Source: an uncultured Synergistaceae bacterium
GTDB lineage: Bacteria; Synergistota; Synergistia; Synergistales; Dethiosulfovibrionaceae
NCBI GenBank assembly: GCA_964395085.1
Contig: CAYNAN010000005.1
Location: 143 to 64,142 of the forward strand
Direction: 5' to 3'
DNA: 64,000 bases
Shown piece after piece: positions 28,034-37,416 of this stretch. The notes beneath the pieces were generated by a model that did no database searches, was not told the origin of the DNA, and saw nothing but the letters and a program-made list of their open reading frames with translations. Position 1 is the stretch's first letter; every line of letters begins with the position of its first letter. The position numbers and the translations under genes are program-made.

Positions 28034-28077
28034 ATATCCAATTCTATTTTATCACTCTACCCTAGGAGGACTACAAC

Positions 28078-29313
28078 ATGACATCACGACACATCGACTC
28101 ACTGAACACATTAAGAGAGACCATAGCATCCGCCAAGAGAGCATCAGCCGCCTGGAACTCCAAGCTCAAAGACGTGTCGCCTGAGGATATAAAATCCCTG
28201 GACGACCTGCAAAAACTGCCCTTCACAGAGAAATCGGACCTTAGGGATAACTACCCCCTTGGCCTTCTGGCCTGTCCTAAGAGGGACTTGGTGAGGGTTC
28301 ACGCTTCCTCTGGGACCACAGGAAAACCGACGGTTGTAGCCTACACCGCAGGGGACCTGGACAGATGGTCCAGCATAATGGCCCAGGCGATGGCGACAGG
28401 AGGAGTCACCTCCGAGGACGTGGTCCAGGTGGCCTACGGCTACGGCCTGTTCACCGGAGGTCTTGGGGTACATTACGGAGCCGAGAGGCTTGGAGCTACG
28501 GTCATACCGGCCTCAGGGGGCTTCTCCGACAGACAGCTGATGCTCATGGAGGACCTTGAGACCACCGTCTTAGCCTGTACCCCTTCCTACGGACTGAGGC
28601 TCGCTGACCTGATAGAGGAAAAGGGGATAAAGCACTCCCTGAAAATAGGCATTTTCGGAGCTGAGCCCTGGTCCGAGGGGCTCAGAAAGAACCTTGAAGA
28701 TCGACTGGGTATAGTTGCCCTGGATATATACGGTCTGTCGGAGATCATGGGGCCAGGGGTCGCCATGGAGTGCCAGCATAAGTGCGGACTTCACGTGGAC
28801 GAAAGCCAGTTCCTCCTCGAGATCATAGATCCTGCCACAGGAGAGGTTCTTCCAGAGGGCTCCGAGGGAGAACTGGTGGTGACGACCCTCTGCAAAGAAG
28901 CCCTTCCCATGATCCGGTACAGAACTAAAGACATCACAAAGATAACCAGGGACCGCTGTGGCTGCGGCAAAGAGGGAGCCAGGATAGACAGAATAAAGGG
29001 CAGGAGCGACGACATGCTCATAATCAGAGGGGTCAACGTCTTCCCATCCCAGATAGAGGTGGCACTGAGCCATATTCCAGGCCTTTCCCTCCACTACGTC
29101 CTTGAGGTTTCTGAAAAGGACGACCTTAAGGAGCTCACCGTATGCTGTGAGAGCTCCGAATCCCTTTCCGAGAGGGAGGGAAAGGAAATGGCTAAGAAAA
29201 CTGGATCTCATCTCGCTGCTATGCTGGGCATAAGGACCGGCGTCAAAATCCTATCCCCAGGCTCTATAGCCAGGTCCGAGGGCAAGGCAGTACGTATCAA
29301 AAAGGTCGCCTAG
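28078..29313 (+). CDS. Phenylacetate-CoA ligase family (PaaK/F390-synthetase-like) adenylate-forming enzyme
   Basis: The 411-aa ORF has the AMP-binding motif VHASSGTTGKPTVVAYT, PaaK-like length and a C-terminal ACT-like end. Its RBS is TAGGAGGA. Confidence 0.85.
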   Translation: MTSRHIDSLNTLRETIASAKRASAAWNSKLKDVSPEDIKSLDDLQKLPFTEKSDLRDNYPLGLLACPKRDLVRVHASSGTTGKPTVVAYTAGDLDRWSSIMAQAMATGGVTSEDVVQVAYGYGLFTGGLGVHYGAERLGATVIPASGGFSDRQLMLMEDLETTVLACTPSYGLRLADLIEEKGIKHSLKIGIFGAEPWSEGLRKNLEDRLGIVALDIYGLSEIMGPGVAMECQHKCGLHVDESQFLLEIIDPATGEVLPEGSEGELVVTTLCKEALPMIRYRTKDITKITRDRCGCGKEGARIDRIKGRSDDMLIIRGVNVFPSQIEVALSHIPGLSLHYVLEVSEKDDLKELTVCCESSESLSEREGKEMAKKTGSHLAAMLGIRTGVKILSPGSIARSEGKAVRIKKVA

Positions 29314-29359
29314 AAACTGATATAATGTCCTCTCAGAGGCAACGAAAGGACGTGATTAT

Positions 29360-30118
29360 GTGCTTGACGGCACAGGACTTAAGCTGGTGGTATCGGATAT
29401 AGATGGCTGTCTGTCGGTGGACAAGGGCATTCCCTTCGACCCCTCAGCCATGGCGGCTCTGAGGGAGCACCAGGACAGGGCCAGAGAGGGCATAGGTCTT
29501 CCTATCACGCTATGTTCTGGCCGAGGGCAACCCTACATGGAGGCCATAGGCCAGTTTTTAGGCATAACAGAACCCATGATCTGCGAAGCCGGAAGCATGC
29601 TCTTCGATCCCAGGGACGACAGCGTGACCTTAAATCCTAAGATAACCGACAACCACATAGAGGCAATGAGAGAATTGAAGTGTAGGTTGCTCCTCTCCTT
29701 TAAGGGTAGAAATATCCGCTTCGAGGTAGGGAAGGAAATATGCTTGAGCATCAACCCCTTTCCATTTCCCATGGGGTCGGAGGAACTGGAAAACGCCGTA
29801 GAAGGTCTGCTCCAGGAGACAATGGATCTTGCGAACTGCGAGCTCTTCAACGTCACCAGATCGTCCTGCTCCGTGGACGTAACCCCTAAGGGAGTGGACA
29901 AAGCCTCGGGAATAGCCATGCTATCCGAGAGGATAGGAGTAGCCCCTGAGGAGATGGTCGGCATAGGAGACTCCTACAACGACATCTCATTTTTAAGAAC
30001 GGTAGGGGCCAGTGCCTGTCCTGATAACGGGGTACTGCCCATAAAGGATCTCGTTAATTACGTAAGCCCGGAGAGGCATATCCTTGGAGTGCTGGACATA
30101 ATAGCCCACTATTCGTGA
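29360..30118 (+). CDS. HAD-IIB (Cof-type) phosphatase
   Basis: The 252-aa ORF has a GTG start, HAD motif I VVSDIDGCL and motif IV GIGDSYNDISF. Confidence 0.8.
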   Translation: MLDGTGLKLVVSDIDGCLSVDKGIPFDPSAMAALREHQDRAREGIGLPITLCSGRGQPYMEAIGQFLGITEPMICEAGSMLFDPRDDSVTLNPKITDNHIEAMRELKCRLLLSFKGRNIRFEVGKEICLSINPFPFPMGSEELENAVEGLLQETMDLANCELFNVTRSSCSVDVTPKGVDKASGIAMLSERIGVAPEEMVGIGDSYNDISFLRTVGASACPDNGVLPIKDLVNYVSPERHILGVLDIIAHYS

Positions 30119-30133
30119 GCATAAAGGGGGAGA

Positions 30134-31276
30134 TTACCCCTCCCCCTTTAAAAAAGACTCCAACTCGGGAGATAAGGGGACCCTACCGGACAGAAGGACA
30201 TCCACAAGCCTCTGGATATCCGGCAACCTGGAGCATATGAATTTAAAGGACGACCCGTCTAAAAACACGAACCGAATGCCCCAATCCCTGCTGAGAGACA
30301 TGGAGATATCATGGCTCCTCATCCTCCAGTCGAACATCGATGCGATGCGAACCAGTATTCTCAGCCATCTAGGTGGCCTATAATCCACCCACTCCACCGT
30401 GACGAGATAGGAGAAACGGAAGTCCAGCTCCTTGGATAGCTGTCTTAAACTTATGCCGTCCTCTTGAATGACAAGCTCGAAGGACGAGTATCGAGCGGAC
30501 CAGTAAAGGATGGACGTAAAGATGGCCCCCATGAACCACAGCACCGACGTAAACCAGATAGCTCCCGAAGCGATCCCCAGGACGTTCCCGTCTCCGAATA
30601 TCTCCGGCGCAAGGATGAAGGAGAGGGCGACGAAAAAACCCGCCATGACAGTGCCGAGGATATCTGGTATCACCCAACAGGACCACTTTGAGTAGGTCAG
30701 AGCACCGGGGCTAGTCCTTCGCCTTGGCAGCAGGACGTAGGCCGCCAGGGCTAGGGTCAGAGGGATCGGGGCGAAGGCCCTGAACGGGTATACCAACGAA
30801 TCGGGAGCACCGGATCCCTTAGCGTCCACCGGCCCCATCAGGGAAGCAGCCATGAAAACCGGCCCCTCAGCGGAGCCATACTTAACGTAGGCAAAGGACC
30901 TCTCCATATTTCTCAAGCCATCGACGACCTGCTTAACCGTCCCATCGGAGGGAAGAAAAAAAAGTCCATCATCGTCCGACTCGACCCTTCCGTGGATATC
31001 TTCCCATATATCTCCGTCTACGGTGACGGTAATCCCCTCGGATTTAGAGCGTACGAACTCCCCGATAGGTTGAAACTGTGTGGTAGACCTTATGAACGAC
31101 CTTCCCATGGCCATAGCCCCAAAGGACGGGCCCAAGTCCGGAGCGTAGGACCGGGAGTATTCCTCCGCCATGTCCACAGAATACACCCTCAGAAACTGGT
31201 CTCTGACGAAGAGGAACATGCCTATAGCGATAAAGAGCATCCCCGCTGTGAGGATACGCCTGTATATCTCTCTCAT
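30134..31276 (-). CDS. Hypothetical integral membrane protein with a soluble C-terminal domain
   Basis: The 380-aa ORF has an N-terminal TM helix, a ~150-aa extracytoplasmic segment, a block of 3-4 TM helices and a soluble C-terminus. It lies 4 nt downstream of the Asp-box protein gene. Confidence 0.7.
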   Translation of the reverse strand: MREIYRRILTAGMLFIAIGMFLFVRDQFLRVYSVDMAEEYSRSYAPDLGPSFGAMAMGRSFIRSTTQFQPIGEFVRSKSEGITVTVDGDIWEDIHGRVESDDDGLFFLPSDGTVKQVVDGLRNMERSFAYVKYGSAEGPVFMAASLMGPVDAKGSGAPDSLVYPFRAFAPIPLTLALAAYVLLPRRRTSPGALTYSKWSCWVIPDILGTVMAGFFVALSFILAPEIFGDGNVLGIASGAIWFTSVLWFMGAIFTSILYWSARYSSFELVIQEDGISLRQLSKELDFRFSYLVTVEWVDYRPPRWLRILVRIASMFDWRMRSHDISMSLSRDWGIRFVFLDGSSFKFICSRLPDIQRLVDVLLSGRVPLSPELESFLKGEG

Positions 31277-31280
31277 GACC

Positions 31281-33080
31281 TCACCTCCCCATTATCCCAA
31301 CAGGAAGCCCAATGGATACCCAGCTCAGACCTCCGTCGTCGGACGAGTAGAAGCCTCTTCCGGTGCTTATCAAGATCCTGTTCAGTAAGGGCAGTGCTGT
31401 CAGGATGCCGTCGTTGTTGGACAAAGACGACCTCTCCAATAGGTAGCTATCGCCCGATACAGGGGACAGGCGAACTAGTTCGCCTCTAAGAAGCCCCATA
31501 AGGCTATCGCCCTTTCCAGAAAATATGTCGGTGAAATAGTTGAAGGGCGACCAGCTGAATCCCTCTATATCAGGGGTACCAAGCTCAAGGCCGTCCAAAT
31601 TCCAACGCCACAGACCGTTTCTTGAGGCAGCCCAGATATGGCCACCCTCGTCTATCGCCAAAGAGCTTACCCCGTAGACTATATAGCGGTTTTCCCAGGT
31701 TTTCCCCCCATCGTTGGACACCGAGAACCCCCTATCGGTCCCAACCACCACAGTCTTACCACGGGAGACCACGGAATATACATAGCTGCCGTCCACCGAG
31801 TCTATCTCGATCCAGGACACACCCCAGTCCAGAGATCTGAACAGGCCTCCCCTCGGAAATCCCGCTATAAATGCCCCGTTGGACTCGACTATCGTAGCGA
31901 AACCTCCCTGACCTTCCCTCATAGGGAGAGGTCTAGCGGTCCATGTCTCACCATCATGGGAGGTATAGACTTTCCCCTCCCCTCCCACTACCGTGACGTT
32001 GGCGTACCGAACCAGGGAACCGTAACCTCCATCTGGAAGGTTCGCCAGATGCGACCACTTTAGCCCGTCGACGGACGAAAACAGCTTGCCCGACCTGGTG
32101 AGGGCCCATACGACACCGTCATCGCCGAGGGACATTGATACCACCGAATCGGACATCGTCACAGCCTGAGAGGACCGGCTATCCCAGTCGACGTAGAAAA
32201 GCCCGCTATCCCTCGTTCCGACCAGGACGCCATCTCTGTAGGAGGCGATGGACCTGACAGGCACTTCCACTCCTTTTTGTAACGGAAATGAAGTCCAATT
32301 CCCATCCTCAGAACGGGCAAAGACTCCGCCTAAGGTTCCTACGAACAGGACATCGCGGTTTGAGGCCATGGCCTGAGCCACCAAGCCGTCGGGCAAACCG
32401 TCCAGCTTGCGCCATTCTCCATCCTCCAGGACGAAAATGCCTCCCTCCATGGTTCCAACGTAAAACCTCCCGGTATCGGACCAGGCCATGGACAGGACGA
32501 AAAGGTTATCCAGCCCATCGTTGACTGGGCCCCAATTCGACCCATCGTCGTCGGAACGCAACATCCCTCCTCCAAATGTAGAGGCCCAAAGAGACCCGCC
32601 TGGCCCTTCGGAAAATCCGGTGATAAAAAAATTCCCCCCCTGTATTTTAGGCATCTCCGGTTTGGACGAGCTTCCGTCATAACGGAGGATCCCTCTGCTC
32701 CAATCGGCCAGCAGGTACGCCCCCTTGGAGGAAAAGAAGAACTCCCTTACGTTTCCTCCCCCCTTTAAGGACGTCCAGGTTATGCCTCGGTCCTTCGAGA
32801 AAAGAGCATCATCGTAGGTGGATAGAAACAGATGCCCCTTAGGGGATATTCTTAGGGAGAAGATATTGCTGGATGGCAATGCTCCTCCTAAATGCTCCCA
32901 TCGATCGCCCTCTAGGGAGTAAAGCCCCCCCTTTTCAGCCGTAGCGACGTAGACATGACCATCCTTTACTGCCACATCAAGTATGGGTCCCCACTCCTCC
33001 CCGCAATAGCACGGAGCCGTAGCAACGGAGAGGAGGGCGACTACAGCGAAACACCAGGACAGAGTACTTTTATACCTCAT
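31281..33080 (-). CDS. Secreted Asp-box (BNR) repeat beta-propeller protein (Ycf48/sortilin-like)
   Basis: The 599-aa ORF has a signal peptide MRYKSTLSWCFAVVALLSVATA. It contains about eight SxDxGxxW Asp-boxes: SKDRGITW, SDDDGSNW, SEDGNW, SVDGLKW, SHDGETW, SNDGGKTW and SDDGGLSW. Confidence 0.8.
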   Translation of the reverse strand: MRYKSTLSWCFAVVALLSVATAPCYCGEEWGPILDVAVKDGHVYVATAEKGGLYSLEGDRWEHLGGALPSSNIFSLRISPKGHLFLSTYDDALFSKDRGITWTSLKGGGNVREFFFSSKGAYLLADWSRGILRYDGSSSKPEMPKIQGGNFFITGFSEGPGGSLWASTFGGGMLRSDDDGSNWGPVNDGLDNLFVLSMAWSDTGRFYVGTMEGGIFVLEDGEWRKLDGLPDGLVAQAMASNRDVLFVGTLGGVFARSEDGNWTSFPLQKGVEVPVRSIASYRDGVLVGTRDSGLFYVDWDSRSSQAVTMSDSVVSMSLGDDGVVWALTRSGKLFSSVDGLKWSHLANLPDGGYGSLVRYANVTVVGGEGKVYTSHDGETWTARPLPMREGQGGFATIVESNGAFIAGFPRGGLFRSLDWGVSWIEIDSVDGSYVYSVVSRGKTVVVGTDRGFSVSNDGGKTWENRYIVYGVSSLAIDEGGHIWAASRNGLWRWNLDGLELGTPDIEGFSWSPFNYFTDIFSGKGDSLMGLLRGELVRLSPVSGDSYLLERSSLSNNDGILTALPLLNRILISTGRGFYSSDDGGLSWVSIGLPVGIMGR

Positions 33081-33354
33081 ATTTTCACCTCCAGCCTCGC
33101 ATATATTCCATAATATTCTATCTAGGCAAACAACACAATTGGCGATCGCATTAGTTGGTTTTTTGGGCCCCCGGCCAATACACTTCTGTTTTATTCGAAT
33201 TCATAAAATGAACCCACGGCACAATCACAAAAGAAGTATTTTAATTAGAAAATACTGCATAAATGGACTTGCTCGTCTTACTATCGCAGAGTACAATTTA
33301 TCTCGGTAGATATGTATCCATACACGACAAAAAAACAGCCAAGGGGGGTTCATC

Positions 33355-34767
33355 TTGTCAAATAAGAGCGGAAAAAAAGCATCCTTTCCACACGTCTTCG
33401 TTATCCTACTGTCCATCATGGTTATCGCCATGGTGGCTACCTGGTTCGTCCCGGCTGGGGAGTACAGCCGCCATATGGATCCTAAGTCGAACAGGACCGT
33501 CATAGTCCCTGACAGCTTTCAACTGATTCAGTCCTCTCCAGTCGATCCCTTTCAGATGTTCGTCGCCATACAGAAGGGTATGACTCAGGCAGGATCGATC
33601 GTGTTCTTCATATTTATAGTTTTTTCGTCTATCTACGTGGTCATGTCCACAGGGGCCATAGACGCCACCATAGCCTGGATGGTCCGAAAGACAAGGGCTA
33701 AGCCCTCGTCCGCCAATACCACTTTTGCGGTGCTCATGGCGGTGTTCATGTTGTGGGGATCCACAGGTACACTCTCCTACGAGCAGATGGTGGCTTTCGT
33801 TCCAATATTCGCCAGCCTCGCTCTGGCGCTGGGCTACGATCCGGTGGTGGGGCTGGCGGTATCCTTTGTTGCGGTAGGAATAGGTTTCGCCTCAGCGACG
33901 GTAAATCCCTTCACCATAGGGGTCGCTCAGACCATATCGGAGCTTCCTCTTTTCTCCGGCCTGGCCTACAGGCTGCTCATACTGGCCGTGATGGGCTCCA
34001 TCACCATAGCCTGGACACTGCGCTACGCCAGGATTATCAAGTCCGACCCGTCGAAAAGCGTGGTCAACGATATAGACTTCGGCGACCTGGCATTCGACGA
34101 GTCCAAGGTTGAGCTTAGGTTCACCCACACCCACAAGTTGGTCCTCTCCATATTCATGGTATCGGTCCTCATAGCGGGATTTGGCCTCATCAAGCTAGGG
34201 TGGTATATAAACCAGCTGGCAGGGCTATTCCTCATAATGGGCATACTCGTGGGATTAGCGGACAGAAAATCCCCTAGCAAGATCGCCGAGATATTCGTCG
34301 AGGGGATGAGCAAGGGAGTCCTGTCCGCCATGGTGGTCGGAGTAGCTAGGGGGATATTGGTCGTGCTATCGGAAGGGAAAATAGTGGACTCCATCATACA
34401 CGGGATGGCGAATCTCCTGGGACAGGGATCGGCCTTCATGAGCTCGGTGGGAATGCTCCTGTTCCAGACGGTCATGAACTTCCTGATACCGTCTGGATCG
34501 GGACAGGCAGCTACAACTATGCCTATAATGGCCCCTCTGTCGGACCTGGTAGGGGTAAACCGACAGGTGGCGGTACTGGCATTTCAGTTCGGAGATGGCT
34601 TCTCCAACCTTCTTTGGCCAACAGGTTTTATCCTTATAGGTTGCATACTGGCTAAAGTACCCCTGAACAGGTACTTCCGTTGGTTCTTGCCCCTTTTCGG
34701 CATGTTGTTTCTGGCACAGGTGGCCTTTCTATGGGGAGCCATACTGATAGGATACGGACCTTTTTAG
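33355..34767 (+). CDS. YfcC/DcuC-family anaerobic carrier (putative amino acid/peptide-derivative transporter)
   Basis: The 470-aa polytopic membrane protein has YfcC-like sequence. It uses a TTG start with AAGGGGGG upstream. Confidence 0.8.
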   Translation: MSNKSGKKASFPHVFVILLSIMVIAMVATWFVPAGEYSRHMDPKSNRTVIVPDSFQLIQSSPVDPFQMFVAIQKGMTQAGSIVFFIFIVFSSIYVVMSTGAIDATIAWMVRKTRAKPSSANTTFAVLMAVFMLWGSTGTLSYEQMVAFVPIFASLALALGYDPVVGLAVSFVAVGIGFASATVNPFTIGVAQTISELPLFSGLAYRLLILAVMGSITIAWTLRYARIIKSDPSKSVVNDIDFGDLAFDESKVELRFTHTHKLVLSIFMVSVLIAGFGLIKLGWYINQLAGLFLIMGILVGLADRKSPSKIAEIFVEGMSKGVLSAMVVGVARGILVVLSEGKIVDSIIHGMANLLGQGSAFMSSVGMLLFQTVMNFLIPSGSGQAATTMPIMAPLSDLVGVNRQVAVLAFQFGDGFSNLLWPTGFILIGCILAKVPLNRYFRWFLPLFGMLFLAQVAFLWGAILIGYGPF

Positions 34768-34780
34768 GAGGTTATGAATC

Positions 34781-36157
34781 GTGAAAAAAATGCTAATGGA
34801 AAAACTGGACGGTCTACGTTCGACCATGGAGAGAACCGCTCTGGATATATGGGAACACCCGGAGCTGGGCTTTAAGGAAAGGTACGCTGCGGACCTCTAC
34901 GAAGACTTATTTTCATCCTATGACTTTGAGGTCCTAAAGGGAGTCGGCGAGATGGAGACAGCGATTGTGGCCACCTGGGGCGACGGTGGGCCGAACATAG
35001 GCTTTTTAGGGGAATACGACGCCCTGCCGGGGGTGACTAAAGACGGAGAGGTCGGCCACGGCTGCGGTCATAACCTACTGGGAGCCGCCGCCGCTGGCTC
35101 CGCACTGGCTCTAGCTGAGCTACTGAAGGAGAGAGGCCTTACGGGCAGGGTAACCTTCTACGGCTGTCCTGCGGAGGAGAACGGTGGAGGCAAGGTCTAC
35201 ATGGCCCGGGAGGGGTGTTTTTTCGATTTAGACGCCGCCATAACCTGGCATCCCTGGGATTTCAACGCCCTTTGGGCCGCCAGCAGCCTGGCCCTTAACG
35301 CCTGCGACGTAACCTTCCACGGAAAGTCCGCCCATGCAGCGGCCTCACCCCAGGAGGGCAGGAGCGCTCTGGACGGGGCTATCCTCATGGATGTAGGGGT
35401 CAACTACCTTCGGGAACACATGATCCAGGAGGCCAGGATCCACAGCGTCATATCCTCCGGCGGCGACACCCCTAACGTGGTCCCAGCCAAGGCGACCATC
35501 TGCTATTACGTAAGAACCCCGAGGCGAGACCAGATAGAGCCCCTTTTTCAGAGGGTCGCAAACTGCGCAAAGGGAGCGGCCCTTATGACCGACACCTCGG
35601 TGGAGGTGAAGATAACCAACGCCCTTTACGACTATCTCCCCAACGAGACCTTGGGAGAGGTGGCAAGGGAAGTCATGGCTGAGCTAGGGGGCCCTGAGTT
35701 CGACGGTGAGGACCTAGCCCTGGCGAAGGAAATACAGTCCACCCTGCCGGAAGGTACGGTAAAGGCGGCACTCAGAGGCTATCGCTCGACCGCAGAACAC
35801 CTCGGAGAGAACCTCAGCTCGGTTATCATGGACGACAACGGACCTCTAGGAGCGGGAAAGACCATATCGGGCTCCACCGATGTAGGGGACGTCTCCTATA
35901 TAACCCCTACGGTCCAGATGGCGATAGCCTCCATGCCTATAGGGGTTCCTGCCCATACCTGGCAAAGCACTCAGGCCTTCGGAAGTCCTATGGGGCTGAA
36001 GGGAATGTTCTTCGCCTCCAAGGCAATGGCCATTACGGGACTCAGGCTTATGGAGAACGACGAAATCCTAAGTAAAGCCAAGAAAGAGCTTGAGACGGCA
36101 CGAGGTGGCCCCTACGTCAGCCCCCTTCCGCCGGAAGCCAGGCCTAAACTGGGATAG
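34781..36157 (+). CDS. M20-family amidohydrolase (AbgB / aminobenzoyl-glutamate hydrolase subunit B-like)
   Basis: The 458-aa ORF has the metal-binding motif GHGCGHNLLGAAA and M20D architecture. It uses a GTG start with a TAGGAGG RBS. Confidence 0.82.
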   Translation: MKKMLMEKLDGLRSTMERTALDIWEHPELGFKERYAADLYEDLFSSYDFEVLKGVGEMETAIVATWGDGGPNIGFLGEYDALPGVTKDGEVGHGCGHNLLGAAAAGSALALAELLKERGLTGRVTFYGCPAEENGGGKVYMAREGCFFDLDAAITWHPWDFNALWAASSLALNACDVTFHGKSAHAAASPQEGRSALDGAILMDVGVNYLREHMIQEARIHSVISSGGDTPNVVPAKATICYYVRTPRRDQIEPLFQRVANCAKGAALMTDTSVEVKITNALYDYLPNETLGEVAREVMAELGGPEFDGEDLALAKEIQSTLPEGTVKAALRGYRSTAEHLGENLSSVIMDDNGPLGAGKTISGSTDVGDVSYITPTVQMAIASMPIGVPAHTWQSTQAFGSPMGLKGMFFASKAMAITGLRLMENDEILSKAKKELETARGGPYVSPLPPEARPKLG

Positions 36158-36162
36158 CCAAA

Positions 36163-36202
36163 AGTCCCCGACGCCATCAAATGGCGTCGGGGACTCATTT
36201 TT
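36163..36202. terminator. Bidirectional terminator between the M20 gene and rsgA
   Basis: AGTCCCCGACGCCAT-CAA-ATGGCGTCGGGGACT forms a perfect 15-bp stem followed by CATTTTTA. It sits between convergent genes. Confidence 0.85.
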
Positions 36203-37283
36203 AGCGGCCTTTAGACCGATTTTTAGCCTTGGCGAACTTTCTGGCGTTCTTTATGCCTCCAACTTCTTTGAACATGGACGATATCTTCTCCGTTTCAACC
36301 TGTCTTGAGCTGAGACCGTCGTATCTGGCCTCTTTTTTAAGCTTCAGGTAGCTGGCGAAACGATCGGCGGACAGAAGCCCGTCGGATATGGCCTTTTGGA
36401 CCGCACAGTGTGGCTCGCCGCCGTGGCTACAGTCCCCGAAGCGACATCCTTCGGCCAACTCCTCTATGTCGGAGAAGGATCTAGCCAGATCGATCCCGTC
36501 TATACCCAGTTCCCTCATTCCAGGAGTGTCCACGACCATAGCTCCACAGGGAAGAAGCATCAGTTCTCGGACTGTGGTGGTATGTCTACCCTTATCATCG
36601 TCCCTTATGCCCTGAGTGAGAAGTACATCCCCCCCTAAGAGCCTGTTTATCAAGGTTGACTTACCCACCCCGGAGGAGCCTATGAGTGCCACTGTCTTTC
36701 CCGGGGTGAGGTGTTTTTTTACCGACTCATATCCGTCCTCAACAAGACTAGAGGTTACCAAGACCTCCGCCCCTGACAACACAGGATGAAGCTCCGAAAG
36801 CACCGCTGGAAGGTCCTCACAGAGGTCTGCTTTGGTGAGGACGACCACCGGGATCGCACCGCTGTCCCATGCCACCCCAAGATAACGCTCCAACCTCCTG
36901 AGGTTATAGTCGTTGTTGAGGGACATACAGACGAACACCGTGTCGATGTTGGACGCGACCACCTGTTCTTGGCGCGACGTGCCTGCGGCCTTTCTTATGA
37001 AGGCGGTTTCTCTGGGTAGGATAGCGTGGATTATGGCATCACCACCATCATCACACTCCCGGTCCAACATGACGAAATCCCCTACAGCGGGATAATCCCT
37101 AGCCGAATGGACCTCGAAACGAAACCGCCCAGAGACTACTCCATTGATCTCTCCATTTTCAGTCATTACCCTGCAAAGATTCTTGTGTTGGGATATAACT
37201 CGCCCAGGAAAAAGGCCGGGATAGAGGTCGGATTTTTCTTTGAGACTATTGGTGAAGCCAAATTTACTCATATCTATGCTCAA
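36201..37283 (-). CDS. rsgA: Ribosome small-subunit-dependent GTPase A
   Basis: The 360-aa ORF has an OB-fold N-terminus, a circularly permuted GTPase (LTKADL, GSSGVGKSTLINRL, DTPGMRE) and the zinc knuckle CRFGDCSHGGEPHCAV. Confidence 0.92.
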   Translation of the reverse strand: MSIDMSKFGFTNSLKEKSDLYPGLFPGRVISQHKNLCRVMTENGEINGVVSGRFRFEVHSARDYPAVGDFVMLDRECDDGGDAIIHAILPRETAFIRKAAGTSRQEQVVASNIDTVFVCMSLNNDYNLRRLERYLGVAWDSGAIPVVVLTKADLCEDLPAVLSELHPVLSGAEVLVTSSLVEDGYESVKKHLTPGKTVALIGSSGVGKSTLINRLLGGDVLLTQGIRDDDKGRHTTTVRELMLLPCGAMVVDTPGMRELGIDGIDLARSFSDIEELAEGCRFGDCSHGGEPHCAVQKAISDGLLSADRFASYLKLKKEARYDGLSSRQVETEKISSMFKEVGGIKNARKFAKAKNRSKGR

Positions 37284-37416
37284 TATTTTTACCTCCCAAA
37301 TTTTATTTTTACCGGGGAGGTGTCTTTGGAGTTAACACCTCCATTACTGGCACAATCTCCATTGATTTAGTTATAAACATAAAAAACAACATCTCCTTTG
37401 CGTTAGGTTTATTCTG

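Noticed and set aside
27823-28077. A possible T-box or known riboswitch upstream of the PaaK-like gene (an AGAGAG element plus a terminator).
   Set aside because: I could not find the T-box sequence (GGTGGTACCGCG-like) or any riboswitch core I know. It is kept only as an unclassified leader/terminator observation.
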